A stretch of DNA of 62,634 nucleotides from Spirogloea muscicola (taxonomy: Eukaryota): the NCBI GenBank assembly GCA_009602725.1, contig WELB01000006.1, positions 1,268,907-1,331,540 of the forward strand, in the 5' to 3' direction. A program made the position numbers and the translations under genes. Below, in pieces: positions 36,728 to 49,045 of this stretch. The notes beneath the pieces are model-generated. The model did no database searches and was not told the origin of the DNA. It worked only from the letters and a program-made list of their open reading frames with translations. Position 1 is the stretch's first letter, and each line of letters starts with the position of its first letter.

Positions 36728-38010
36728 GATGGCTCGGTGCCCTTGGGTCTTGTTTCCTGCTACCGAATGCGTTTATCTATGTGCCTAGAGCGGTCCCAGG
36801 CGATTGCTTTGCATCGCCGGGCTGGTCGCACCCTTGCAGCAGCCTCTGGTTTCCCAGAGGAGGGCGACAGTCTTCATATGCATTCATCGCTTCCTGGGAA
36901 CTGGCAAGCGTGTTCCTGCCTGTTCACGCTATTGTCATTTCGATTGTTGTCATCTAAATTTCTGCGGCAGTTGGCTGACATGCCAGCTTGTACTTCAAGC
37001 CCTGCGAGGTGATTTTCTTCGGAAGAGCTGTCGCCCTGACGGAATCCGGAGGCAGCAGGAAACCCTGGCGCAGGTGTATCGCATGCGCTTGGTCGTCTCG
37101 CTGCAGCGGTCCATGGCTCGCGCGCTGCATCTCCGCGCCGGTCGTGCCCTTGCTGCCGCCTCTGGCCCTAGCCAGGGGACCCGCTACCAGGAGACTAGTC
37201 TTTCCGACCTGCGGCTGTTAGTAGGGGTTACTGAATGTCAGGTAGCTACTTGCTTCTGTGATTGCTTTAGCGCTTTCCCTGGCCCTTTGGACTTGGTTGA
37301 CTCTTTGTTCTGGGCTTCCGTGGTGGTGGTTTGGCTCCTCAGTATAGCTTGTCAGATATGCGTGTGCTCACTCTGGGATATTTAGTGTCCCCCTTAGCCA
37401 GCTCATTACCCAGTTAACAGGACAGTTGTAAGGCTAGAATTGGCCTCCCCTTCAATGTCATGTGCACCGCGCGCCTTCTTCGTCTGGGCTGGCCTCTCCC
37501 TGCCAGCCCCTCTTCTCTATGGGCGAGCTCTTTCTTCTCCCAGCCACCGCCCTCTCTTGGAAGCGTCGTGATCCAGGAGAAGGCGGTAGCTGGGAGAGGC
37601 CAGCCCAGAAAGTAGGACGAACACAGTGGGAAGGGGCCAGGGCATTGACTGATGGAGGGCACAAGTGGCCAAAGGCAAGCACATGGCAGGCGTACATCAC
37701 CTGCTGCTCAGCCGACCCGCGCAGTGACCAGACAAGGAGAAGAGAATGCGGCTGCTGATATTGAGGAATCGGCTGTGAACTGCCAGCCAGATGCATACAG
37801 GTGTTCGTGACGGAGCCAAAGGCCAGGCAGATAGGGCGCCCTCAATAGAGTTCAGTTAACAGCCGATTCTGTGATATCAGCAGCCGCTTCCTCTATAACC
37901 CACACACGGGGGTGTCAGCAGTAGCAAGTCAGATGAGGTGAGGGGAGGAAGAGCAACCCCGCTGCGCAAGCCAGAGGCTGCTGCGAGGGCGCGACCAGCC
38001 CGGCGAGAAG
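36728..38010. mobile_element. Several short CRE-like 3' fragments
   Basis: RMRL..LQRS coding tails at about 36730-36850 and 37060-37235. Hairpin UTRs at 37486 and 37590. Minus-strand UTR copies at 37745-37846 and 37905-38005. Confidence 0.8.
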
Positions 38011-38012
38011 AG

Positions 38013-38429
38013 TCAAGCGGCTGCTGATATTAAAAAATCGGCTGTACACTGCCAGCCAGATGCATACAGGTGTTTATGACGGAGCCGTAGGCTAGGCAGA
38101 CAGGGCGCCCTCAATACCCCCGAGTCAGCAGTAGGAAGTCAGATGAGCTGAGGGGAGGAAGAGCAACCCCGCTGCGCAAGCCAGAGGCTGCTGCAAGGGC
38201 GCGACCAGCCCGGCGATGCAAAGCAATCGCCTGGGACCGCTGTAGGGACAGAGACAAGCGCATACGGTAGCAGGACACAAGACCCAAAGGCACCGAGCCA
38301 CCGGGAAGGGCTGCACCCCGTTCCCGGCGCCGCTGGTCAGCTTGAGAGGCCAGCAGCGAAAGTAACGAGGACCACCGACCCCCGTAACACCCATGGATGT
38401 CCATGGCCAGGGGGTAAAAGGTATCACCC
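38013..38429 (-). mobile_element. CRE-like 3' end, near-identical inverted copy of 35581-35997
   Basis: FYPLAMDIHG...LLTRGY* plus the same UTR, with only a handful of substitutions by eye. Runs into the gap. Confidence 0.88.
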
Positions 38430-38499
38430 NNNNNNNNNNNNNNNNNNNNNNNNNNNNNNNNNNNNNNNNNNNNNNNNNNNNNNNNNNNNNNNNNNNNNN
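38430..38499. other. Assembly gap, probably hiding POLH exon 1
   Basis: N run. Confidence 1.
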
Positions 38500-38521
38500 G
38501 CCGCTGCGCGCGCCCGGGCAG

Positions 38522-41500
38522 TGGAGCAGCGGCGCCAGCCCGCCCTGCGCGGCCGCCCCACCGCCGTGGTGCAGTACAACCCCTGGAGGGGCGGCGCCCT
38601 CATCGCCGTCGGCTACGAGGCCCGCGCCGCCGGCGTCAAGCGGTGTGCAGCCCCCCTGCCCACCTCGGGGCAGCGGCTGCCTGCGCGTGCTCGCCTCGCC
38701 CGCCGCTGAGCGCTCCTCGCGAGGGCTGCCTGCAGGCAGATGCGCGGCGACGAGGCGCGCCAGCTCTGCCCCGACCTGCAGCTGGTGCAGGTGCCAGTGG
38801 CATTCGGCAAGGCCGACCTCGCCCGCTACCGCGACGCGGGCTCCGAGGTCAGCACCCCTGCTGACCTCAGGCTCTGCTGCACTGCTGCTGCTCCCGCTGC
38901 TGTCGGTGCTGGTGCTTCTGCAAGGCTGTGCCTGGCTGTGTCGGCCACCCTCTAGCGACCGGGAAGGCACTCAACTACGGAGCAGGAAGCGTCTGCACCA
39001 GCCCTGCACCGATGCCGTGGCCCTGCACCCGTAGGTGGTAGCAGTGCTGCAGCAAGGCGGCCCTTGTGAGCGAGCCTCCATTGACGAGGTGTATGTGGAC
39101 CTCACGGAGGCGGCCGCAGCTCGCCTGCAGCAGTCGCCTCCAGCCAAGCCCCACCTCCTGCCCACCTATGCGGCCCGCAGCCATGTCCTTGGACACGACC
39201 AGGTAGGCCTTCACCAAATGGTGGCCCCTTCCTCATGGTGTCATGCCTGTTCAGTCTGAGATGGAGCCATGGCTGTGCAGGCATGACCCTGACACAGTAG
39301 AGCTTCTCCTTCGCTGCAGCAGCCTGTAGCTGATGGAGAGGCTGGTGTTCACGAAGTGAGGACGCGTGTGGAAGCTTGGCTGTGCAATGAAGCTGCTGAA
39401 CCCGGCGATCGACTTCTCGCTAGTGGTGCCGTTCTGGTGGCCGAGCTTCGTGCTGCTGTGCTGGCTGAGACACAGTTCACGTGCTCTGCAGGCATTGCTC
39501 ACAACAAGGTGGAAGCAACGGCCCGGGCTTCTGCGCTTGTTCGTGCACCTGACCATCTACTGTCACGGCACTACAAATACGTCTTGACCTGTTATCTGAT
39601 CTGCACCACAGCATGGCAAATGGTGCAGATGCTGGCCAAATTGGCCAGCGGGATGCACAAGCCTGCCGAGCAGACCGTGGTGCCAGCCTCAGCTGTCCAA
39701 GACCTTCTTCACAAGCTGCCCATTCGCAGAATGTGGGCCCTTGCTCTTCCTTACTTAGTTGTCAAGTTGCGCATCCATGTGCTCTTTGGCTAATTTTTCT
39801 GAGCTCTCCAACCATTCACTGCTCTACTCTAGCCGCCTGGCTTCCCTCGCCCTTGCCTTCTTATGTTATCTTGTAGGCAATTGTTGCACCACGAGCGCTA
39901 AATATGAGGGGTAGTTGTACGTTTGATGCCCTTTTCCCTGCTGAATGCAACGTGCTGACCATTACATGTTCCACTTCAGCATCAGTGACCAGTCCTCAGG
40001 GCTGGTAACCTCTACTTAATATGATTGTTGTGTACAATGAATGATACATGGTGCTTACAATGCTGCCAGAGATATAATCTGGGTCCCAACGGTTCAGCTT
40101 CACGACATCAGCTTCCTGCATGATGCCTTTCAGGAAGCAGCTAGGCGGCAAGCTTGGATTGAAGCTGCAACAGGAGCTGGGCATTCAAACAGTTGGGGAC
40201 CTGCTGCATTTCTCTCTTCAGCACTTGCAAGACCGTTTTGGAACCAATACTGGGTCTGCCTTGGCACCTTCTCTGCTGTCATGGCTGTGTGTACCTGAGA
40301 GGCTCCTGCAGGTAGGACTGACGAACTTGAACCTTGTGTCCAGGCTGTGGTTGCGAATGGTGGCTGAGGGAAAGGACGGCACTGAGGTCAAGGACCGCGT
40401 GCTTCCGAAGCAGCACTCCTCAGGAAAAACATTTGTTGGCCCGGCAGCATTGGTGGATGTGTCCACCGTCAGCCACTGGCTTTGTGAGCTGGCTGGGGAG
40501 CTGCAGACGCGCTTAGAGCTCGACTTAGCAACCAGCAGAAGGACATCTAGGCTTCTCACTGTGCAGGTCACTTTCCAACTGGTATTTGTGCTACACCAAA
40601 AAGAAAGCAGCGTGTTCTTGTTGGAATGGGTGCTGCTCTTATGTGCTGCCTCATGTCCTAGTTGTCAATGATGGAATTCCCTTGTGAGGCCTTGAGTGTG
40701 TGGCAAGCACACACAGCACACGCATTGTTGTTGGTCCTGCTGTTTGCAGGACAAGACCCGAGGAGGTGAGAAGAAGACCATGTCTAGGTGTGTGGCCCTG
40801 AGGGGCGGGAGAGAGGCTATGGCAGAAGATGCTCTGAGCATCGTCAAGCGCCTCCTTGTGGAGGTGGCTATGCCTGGCACGAAGTGGATGATTGTCTACC
40901 TGGGCCTCTCAGCATCTCAAATCGCTGCCACTCCACAGGTGCTCCTGACTTTTGAAGAGGGAGGTGATATCGACACGGTCTGCTATTCAGAAGCAGTCTG
41001 TCTGCGTAGGACCTTGGTAGACTGTGAGCCAAGCGTTCGTTGGACAATTTCTGGGTGTTTATTCACTTGTCCAGCTTTGCTCCCCTTCATACGCAGTCAG
41101 TCTAAGCCAAAGTTCCTTGCCTGGCCCAGGGTGTTGCTCCAATCACAAGTTATCTGGGGCCATCAGTTCCATTGACGAGAGAACCTGCCCTTCCAGACAG
41201 TTGTGAACCGGCAGAGCGAGTCCCAATCTGTCTGCACCCCTCTCAGGACCAAGGCATGCCAGGCCCTGCCAAAGTGGCACTTGATTCTCTTGGACCCTTG
41301 GGGCAGAGAACAGCCGCAATAGGAGAAGGTGGTCACGCTTCTCGCCTGAAGCGAGGACTATCGTTTACAGAAACGAAGGAAGCTCGAGCAAGCAGATCCC
41401 GTGCACAATCTCCTTCTAAGGTGGAGGACTTTGGGCCTCCAAATGCACCTAATGCTATGAGCGCCGAGCAAGAGTGTCTGCCAGTGGACTCGGACACAGA

Positions 41501-41837
41501 GTCAGCAGAGCAAGCTACAGAAGAACATTCTAGACATTGCAAGGTCGAGGTCATGGAAGCCCCAGCACAAATGCTGCAGGAAGTCCTGGAAGCAAGTGGG
41601 GTTGGCAATGGCCTTTGCGTGGCTGCTGAGGGGCATCCATCGACTAGCAGGGAGACAACTCTTAGTGCAGGAAGTAGCACACAAACACAGGTCTACAGAT
41701 TAGAAGAGGTGGACTTTGAAGTCCTCAGAGAGCTGCCACAGGAGATTCAGCTTGAGTTGCGACTTGCTTTGAGTAGGAAGAAGCCTCGCGCGACTCCATC
41801 ATGCTCTATTTCGTCTTACTTTAAGCCATTGATATGA
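38522..41837 (+). CDS. POLH: DNA polymerase eta (Y-family), 5' partial
   Basis: VEQRRQPALRGRPTAVVQYN..IAVGYEAR, MRGDEA..CPDLQLVQVP..GKADL..YRDAG, CERASIDEVYVDLT, TCSAGIAHNK, MLAKLASGMHKP, KQLGGKLG, PKQHSSGKTF. C-terminal UBM-like (EVDFEVLRELPQEI) and PIP-like (SISSYF) motifs. Confidence 0.92.
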
Positions 41838-42505
41838 TGCCCCATGCATGCGCTCAATCTCAACATTTAAGCTTGCTGAGAATGCACTATCTCAGGTTTG
41901 CTTTGGGATCGATGGCTCTTCATGCTCTTGTCCATGGTCAGTGCACTTCAACATGACCACTGTGCACTGTGCAAGTGCCTCCATTCAGGTACAAGCAAGT
42001 GCACATTGCAACGTGCACTAGCCTAGGTTGTCCATGTACTCGGTTTGTCAAAATATCAAAATACGAGTAAACCTGAAGTAGACATGGTCTTGACGACTAG
42101 ATATAGTAGGTGCACTTCCTAATAGTGCAAACAAGACAAGCTTAGATGACAATTACTCAACGTCATGAATGCCAAGCGAGCAGGACCTTGAGTCAACCTT
42201 GAGGTCAGGAGATCGCTATCGGTCCCAAACAGCAACAAAGTTCTTGCATTGCTGGATCCTTGATTGTGAAATATTTACTGGCCTAGTCAAATTCATGGTG
42301 CGAACTCCCTAGCAAGATACAGTGTCCTCCTCAAGGAGTGTGGCCCTGGAACCACTTGCTGTGAGGACCATTGGTTATAAAAGGAGACGTATCGTAAGAA
42401 GACTCTAATGGACATACCAGGTAAGCAGAGCGCGAGACTCTATTATGTACATTTTGCCCTGGGATTTAAAGCCTGGGACAATACCACGGTGGCTAACAGC
42501 GAAGG

Positions 42506-44716
42506 TCAGCCAGGCACAAGCTCTGCCATTGAAGAAGCTTTATCGAGGATGCATATCGCCTCTCCTACTGCCACTGCCGGCCCTCCCGAGAAGTTGCAAA
42601 TGGCATTCATCCCGAACAATCTCTGTAGGAATTGGACGAGAAAAAATTTAGCTCGACTGGGAAGCAGGGGCAACATTAGCTAGGCTGATGCCAAGTTTAG
42701 CTTGTCTTATATGCAAAGTAGGTGCACAGACAAGGCAAGAGTGCTCTTCTTCAGTGTTCAGATCGAGAGATTGAGGCGAATCACGGACCTCGTGCCACAT
42801 ATTCTTGGGCAACTGCAGATGGCTCCCTTTCCGGAAGGCAGCGAGCGTCTGTAGGTCACACGGTTGCAAAAACTCCAGTGATGTGACAAACGCCCCGCTA
42901 CATGACTGCTGTTGAATGCGGTGCTTGCAAGGGCTGCACATATATCGTGGTACTGTTGGGATGAGGCCAGTGGTAAGAGTATCAATCGTGAGTGCTGAGC
43001 ACTTCAGTTCTCTACTTAGCTGACTGTGGCAGCATTGACTAGTACGGAGGCAATGCGGGCCTGACAGATGTCTACCTTGAGTGGTTCCTCTCCGACCTCA
43101 CCAGTTGCCTGGTTGGTTGTTGTGACCTGTCAGAGAGAGATTGAAGGCATGAGGAAGTGGGAGTCTCTGAGGCCCTCCAGCTAAGATACATTGCTACACA
43201 TTGTGTATTTGTACCGCGCTATACTAGCACCGCTTACACACCAGGCAGAAGCAGGCCTGTGCGCTTTCACCTGGCACCGTGGGTGCCACTCGCACTGACC
43301 CTCCAATATGCATCTTGAGGTGACCACGCACCTTGCAGCGCCCGCAGGGCTTCACTCCTCGAAAGACTCGTCCAGCAACTCCACCAATAGTGAAAGCCCT
43401 CCAAGTATCTTCCTCAAACGCTTCGCAACCTTCAACGAAGATGCTGTAGGCGTCTCACATATGAGCCTCATGATGGCCATCACAGATTGCCATTGACAGA
43501 GCAGGGGTGTGAAGGAGGCAGGGTGCAATGGACAGGTTAGATCTTGGGGTGAGGAGGGTGGGAGGTTGCGCCTGTTCCTTTCTGCACGCACTACCCCTGG
43601 TGAAAGCTCCCCGAAGACCATGCTCCGACATATCAGCACTTATCTGGACCAGCAGGCAACTCGCACTGGCGAGCAGGTTTGGGAGGCAGTACTTGGGTCT
43701 GAAGCGATTGATAGGCAACGCCACGTCCATGTGCTGGTTCAGAGCGTCCAGTGATGCCTGCAGTCAGCCAGTAAGTCGATGAGTCAAGAGGGCTGGTAAG
43801 CAGCAGGAGACAGTTGCTTTCACAAAGGCCGCGTGCAATCTCGCCCTGGTGAGTGCTGCAAGAGTCATCTTCCGCCAGGAGAAGTTGCTCTCCCAATAGG
43901 GGCAATAGCTGTGATGAGCCGCCAGAGGCACTGCCTGACAAGAAGCCATGTGTCACAGCTAGTGGCAGGGAAGCCTCGACCTGGGAGATGACGAGGAACG
44001 GGAAGCCATCCGAGAAGCAGGTCTCGGATCCTTCTGCGTAGTCGGGGTCTGTCGGCCGCAGCTCACCTGCATTCCAGCATGCGCCAGCCGGGAGACAGCT
44101 CAGGAGCTCGCTGATGGCTGCTGCATGTGCAACCGCCGAGGCATGCAGCGCGTCACAGTGCGCTTCTGGGATGATTCACCTGGCGCAAAGCGCACGAGGC
44201 GGCTGGGCTTGCCCAGGTACGTGGAGAACCAGGCAGCAGCGTCGTCGCCCTCGTCCAGGGCGTGGCCGGACCACACCCACACCGAGGCTGGCACTCGCGG
44301 CCTCTCGTAGGGTGGGGCCAGCAGGACGTGCAGCGGCTCCATGCCCGGCGCCGTGAGGGCTGCCACCAGCTTCACCAGCGGCGGCTCGCCCTCAGACGGC
44401 AGCTGAGGAGCGTAGCAAACAGGAAGCCGGGGGCTAGCGAGGAATGCGGGACAGGGGCAGGGCATGGGGTCTCACAGAGGGCGGCGGTGGCGTCGAGGGG
44501 CGCCCAGGCGTCGTCGAGCGCGGGCTGCGGGAGGGCGGGGCGCACGAGGGCGAGCGCGGGGTCGGCGCGCTGCGTGCGCATGCGCCCGCGCGCGTTGACC
44601 ACCATCCACTGGCGGTCCCAGGCGAAGCCGGAGGCGGCCAGGTGCGCGCGCGGCAGCGACAGCCCGCGGCACGCCTTGACGGGGTACACGAACAGCGACG
44701 CCACGGACGGCGCCAT
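42506..44716 (-). CDS. MOSC-domain molybdoprotein (mARC-like)
   Basis: LFVYPVKACRG, WDRQWMVV, DEGDDAAAWFSTYLG, FSDGFPFLVISQ, ASLDALN..INRFRPNIFVEGCEAFEEDTW, KPCGRCKVTT, LFGMNA. Stop TGA at 42506-42508. Confidence 0.92.
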
Positions 44717-44989
44717 GGCGGGCCGCCGCGGCCCCGCGGCGCCCTGTCCCTGGGGGCCGGAGGGGCGCAATCAGGAGAAAGCGCTCGCCCACTGAGGATG
44801 AGGAAATTTCGTGTACGAGAAACACATGTAGGCCAAATGGCCAAGTACAAAGGCAAGCTCACCTAAAGATCTACATGATCGACAGCAGATTGACCCGCTC
44901 AATAGGCGAGCACTTTCTTCTTCTTTCTTCATCTCAGCCCGAAACACATCTGCACGTCGAGTGTAGCCTAGATTGGCAATGTTCTAAGG

Positions 44990-45990
44990 AAAGGCCAGCC
45001 CAAAGGAATGGACAAGGTCTCAGGGAGTCTGAGTGCGAACGACTAGGACTAAGACATCAGCCAGGGAAGAAGGTGCTCGCCCATTGAGAAGACAACGCTC
45101 AGTAACCTCTAGTCAGGAGATGCAAGTCCGAGTAGCTAGCTGGCGGAAAGACGTCGCCCTGACGGAAGCCGGAGGCCGCCGCCAAAGCTCGGCCTGCGCG
45201 CAAGTGAACCGCGAAGGCAAGGGACCGCTGCATCGAGATGGCCAAACGCATTCGGAAGACTTGACGAGGGACCCGGCGACGTTGAAGCCGGGCTGCTCGC
45301 CCTGCTCGCCTCTGGCAGCGGGCCGCTGGACGACGCGCAAGGCGGTGAAGCAAGTCAAGCCATTTCGAGCCGAAGGCTCCGTGCACGTCGACTGCCAGTG
45401 GAACAAACTCGTGTCCCAACGGGTGGTCCAAGTATTTCCGTTCCTTTGCGCCCGCCGCTTGGCAGACTGCGTAGCCCGCCTCCTCTGACGAGCGTTTGGC
45501 GCTGCTGGAAACAAAGCAGTCAGTCGTGACAACGTCGGCGATGAGCCGAGGCCCCCTGCCGAGCGCGCTTGCGACGAGATCGGCGCTTCGGGTGTGGATG
45601 CGGCCATCCGCCCTAGCAGTCGGAGGCATGATGCTGGTATTCTCGAGCGCCACCGTGTAACCGGCCTCGACAAAGATGCCATACATTACATTCCGCAGCA
45701 GGTCGTGTGTTCCTGTCGGCTCCCCGCCCCATGCGCACCAGAGCATGTGAGCTGCCAACGATGCCGCGTCTGAAGTGCGCTCTCCGCACTCACACTGCTG
45801 TACTCCACTGAGGCAGGGTGAGTGGAGGCCGAGGAGGCGGTGCACCGCCGTACGGAATGCGTCAACAAGGCAAGCAGTAGCACAACTCGCGGCCTGGCGA
45901 GGGCGGCGGGAAGGCAGGGCGGTGCTGGAAACTGCTGCAAACAAAGAGGAGATGTTTGGCAAGGGCTTGAGCCCAGGTCAGAGGTAGACG
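44990..45990 (-). mobile_element. CRE-like element 3' half: Cys/His knuckle, restriction-like endonuclease and UTR
   Basis: ORF 45099-45962 reads CECG..HMLWC..HDLLR..RSADLV..IADVVTTD..KERKY..FVPLAVDVHG..LLTRGY*. Additional termini at 44776-44795, 44900-44930 and 45066-45090. Confidence 0.87.
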
Positions 45991-45999
45991 CCCGGGAAA

Positions 46000-46210
46000 G
46001 AAGAATGCGGCTGCTGATATTAAAGAATCTGCTGTCAACTGCCAGCCAGATGCATACAGGTATTCATGACGGAGCCAAAGGCTAGGCAGACAGGGCGCCC
46101 TCAATACCCCCGTGTCAGCAGCAGGAAGTCAGATTGAGGAGAGGAAGAGCAACCCCGCTGTGCAAACCAGAGGCTGCTGCAAGGGCGCGACCAGCCCGGC
46201 GATGCAAAGA
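46000..46210 (-). mobile_element. Short CRE-like 3' end of the same subfamily as 35581-35997
   Basis: Matches 38017-38225. Confidence 0.82.
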
Positions 46211-46229
46211 AAGCGCGGCCAGGTTGACT

Positions 46230-48590
46230 GGTGGCTAGGAAAGGCCAGCCCAAAGGAATGGACAAGGTCTGATGGAGCCGAAGTGCGAAGGACTGGGACT
46301 AAGACATCAGCCAGGGAACGCTCAGTAACCTCTAGTCAGGAGATGCAAGTCTGAGTAGCTAGCCGGCGGAAAGACGTCGCCCTGACGAAAGCCGGAGGCC
46401 GCCGCCAAAGCTCGGCCTGCGCGCAAGTGAACTGCGAAGGCAAGGGACCGCTGCATCGAGACGGCCAAACGCATACGGAACACTTGAGCGAGGGACCCGG
46501 CGACGTTGAAGCCGGGCTGCTCGCCCTGCTGCCCGAGCGGCGGGCCGTTGCACGCCGCTGATCGCATTGGGGGTAATCGGAGTAATGCCGCAGTTTTCAT
46601 TGTTCTACACCGCCCACTGCATGCCCAGTGATGTGTGTCGATGCTGGGCCCTTATATGCCTCCGTAACAACAACGTCGACCAGGGCCCGTGGTCCTCCAC
46701 CAGGTTGCACGCCCACAATGTCAAGTGTGCGGCAATGATGACGTCCCTGGGCGCCCGTGGTGATAGGCATGATATTGTTGACTTCCACGACAGCTCGGTG
46801 GCCGGCGTCGCGCATCAAGCCCGCCAGGGCATCGCGAAGGAGGTTGTGAATGCCCACCACTTCTGGTCCAGTGGGGCATCTCAGCATGTGAGTGGCGAGC
46901 ACAGCACCCTCTGCACGGAAGTCGCACTCGCCCTGGCGCACTCCAATCAGGCAGTTAGGTGGGAGGCCGAGGAAGAGTTGAAGCGATGTCTGAAAGGCCT
47001 CCGAGCTAATGCTGAAGGCGTTGGCAACGGGGGGAGAGGAGATCCAGTCAGTGGCACCAGGTGTGGCCAGAGAAGTAAGTCTTGCCAAGCTCCTTATATT
47101 GTTCTGAATCTCTGGCAGCCTCCTCAACCTTCTGCAGTGTTCGTCTTCCACTGCCGTAACCAGTCTGGATTGTGCCCCTCTATCAGAAGCTTGGGCGAGG
47201 GCGGAGAATGGCGTGAGTAGGGGTTGGAGAGAGGGGAAAGAGCTGATGGCTGAGTCGCGGATGCTCCTCAGATCCGCTTGGAAGGGGAAGGAGCCTTCTT
47301 CCACATTGCGTACAGGGTCGTGGAGGCAAGGGAAGCGCATGGGGAGCAGGGAGGCGATCAGGTGCCAGCAGCCCAGGAAGGCTGCTTGCGCCGTCTGCTC
47401 CAACGACCGGCAGCCAAGGCCGCCCATGCGAGTAGGGAGGGAGGCCTGGAGGGAAGCTGAAGCTGAGGGGAAAGATGAAGAATGTAGTAGGGATGCCAGG
47501 GACTGCTGAAGGGAGTAATCATATTCCTTGTAGAGCTCCACCACCATGCCCAATGGGGCGACTGTCCGCTGCAGATAGCAAGCCCGTTGGCCGATGCAGC
47601 GGGTGAGGATGGCCAATGCCAGCTGCGTGTCCCCAAGGAGGGGAAGGGAAGGGAGGAGGGCGAGGTGTTTTTGAAGGCGTTCCCGCAAGTTCACCGCCAC
47701 GTGAGCTGGTGTACCGAAGGGGACCTTGAGGATGGCCAGCCCATTGGCAGGGGTCTGACAGCCGTGGGGGAGCTGAAGGTTGGCAGGGAGACCGTGTGGG
47801 GACCAGGCCACGCTCTTGGACGGGCTAACCCGGAGGCCCATCAGGTCCACTTCGCGAACGAGCAAGGGGTAAGCCGCCATGACTTCAGCTGGAGGTCCAA
47901 TGATGTGTGTGTCATCCGCGTAAGAAGGGAAGAGGAGGTCTGGGTGTTGGCGCTTGATGCGTCGAATAGCTCGGCAATGTGCCAACGCAAACAGGATTGG
48001 GCCAAGGGGATCCCCCTGGCATGTGCCAGAAGATGACCACAGCGTCTTCCACGACTCTCCGGCTTGCTACAGCAGCCGTCCTGGGCGGCCATAGGCCATG
48101 AGGAAAAGGGTATAAGGGAAGGGAAGTGGTCGCGCAGCTCCTCCATAATGACGCTGCGCTCCACTGTGTTGAAGGCGTTACTGATATCCAGCCCAAGGAC
48201 CATCATTGAAGGGTCCACGTAGAGAGTAGCACGGATGCCGCGGACGAGGGCCTCCGCCCCGCAGGACATGCCAGCACCAAATTGGTGGGGTGATAGATGG
48301 CTGTTTCAGCTCGCTGCACACGGCCTTTGATACCAGCCTTTGACCTTTTTGATTTAGAATTGTGTTTGCCCCATTCCGAATTTAATCTTAATTAAATAAT
48401 CTACTGCCGCATGACAACCTCCGTCATCGCAATGGGTCTTACACCGCCTGTTGGCTTCGCAAGGGCTAGCAGGTGGCTGGAGTCGGCAATGCGTGGTGGA
48501 ATGGCAGCCCTGGCGATGTGCCGGCAGGTGGACAGGAACAGGGAGAAGCTCCTCTCATCCCCATCAAGAAATAGGTCCTGTAGGTGCTCA
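46230..48590 (-). mobile_element. Longest CRE-like non-LTR retrotransposon copy (RT plus RLE), degenerate
   Basis: LAKPTGGVRPIA, QFGAG, LDISNAFNTV, QGDPLGPILF, SYADD, LPTRMGGLG, HMLRC..HNLLRD, RTLDIV..LVDVVVT, ..LLTRGY*. Contains stops, a frameshift, an internal deletion and a 67-nt insert. Confidence 0.9.
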
Positions 48591-49045
48591 GAAGGGGCTG
48601 GAAAAGCCAGCCCAAAAAAGAATGGACAGAGTACGAGCAGGGGGGGGCCAGGGAAAGCGCTAAGAAAACAAGCACACAAAGCAAGAGAGAAGGCGCGCGG
48701 TGCGCATGAATTTGAAGCGAGGCCAATTTCAAGTCGATACATTGTTCAGGCAGAAAAGAAACAAAGAAATGAAGAAAGCGCAGCCAGCTTGACAGAGCAG
48801 CTACGAATCACTCAGTTACCCCTGCTAAGCAGCCGCAGATCAGAGATGCTAGGCTCCCTGGAGCCGGTTGACTTCCCTGCAGCCGGGTCGCTGGCGTAAG
48901 TGTATCGAATGCGCCTGGCCGTCTCGCTGCAGAGGTCCATGGCCCGGGCGCTGCAGCGCTTCCCCTGGCCCCCTTCTCGTACTCTGTTCATTCTTTTTCG
49001 GGCTGGTTGTTCCAGCCCCTATTCTCAATGGGCGAGCACTTTCTT
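48591..49045. mobile_element. Further CRE-like 3' fragments
   Basis: Hairpin UTRs at 48595 (minus) and 49000 (plus). 48955-49044 matches 27535-27624. Confidence 0.82.
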
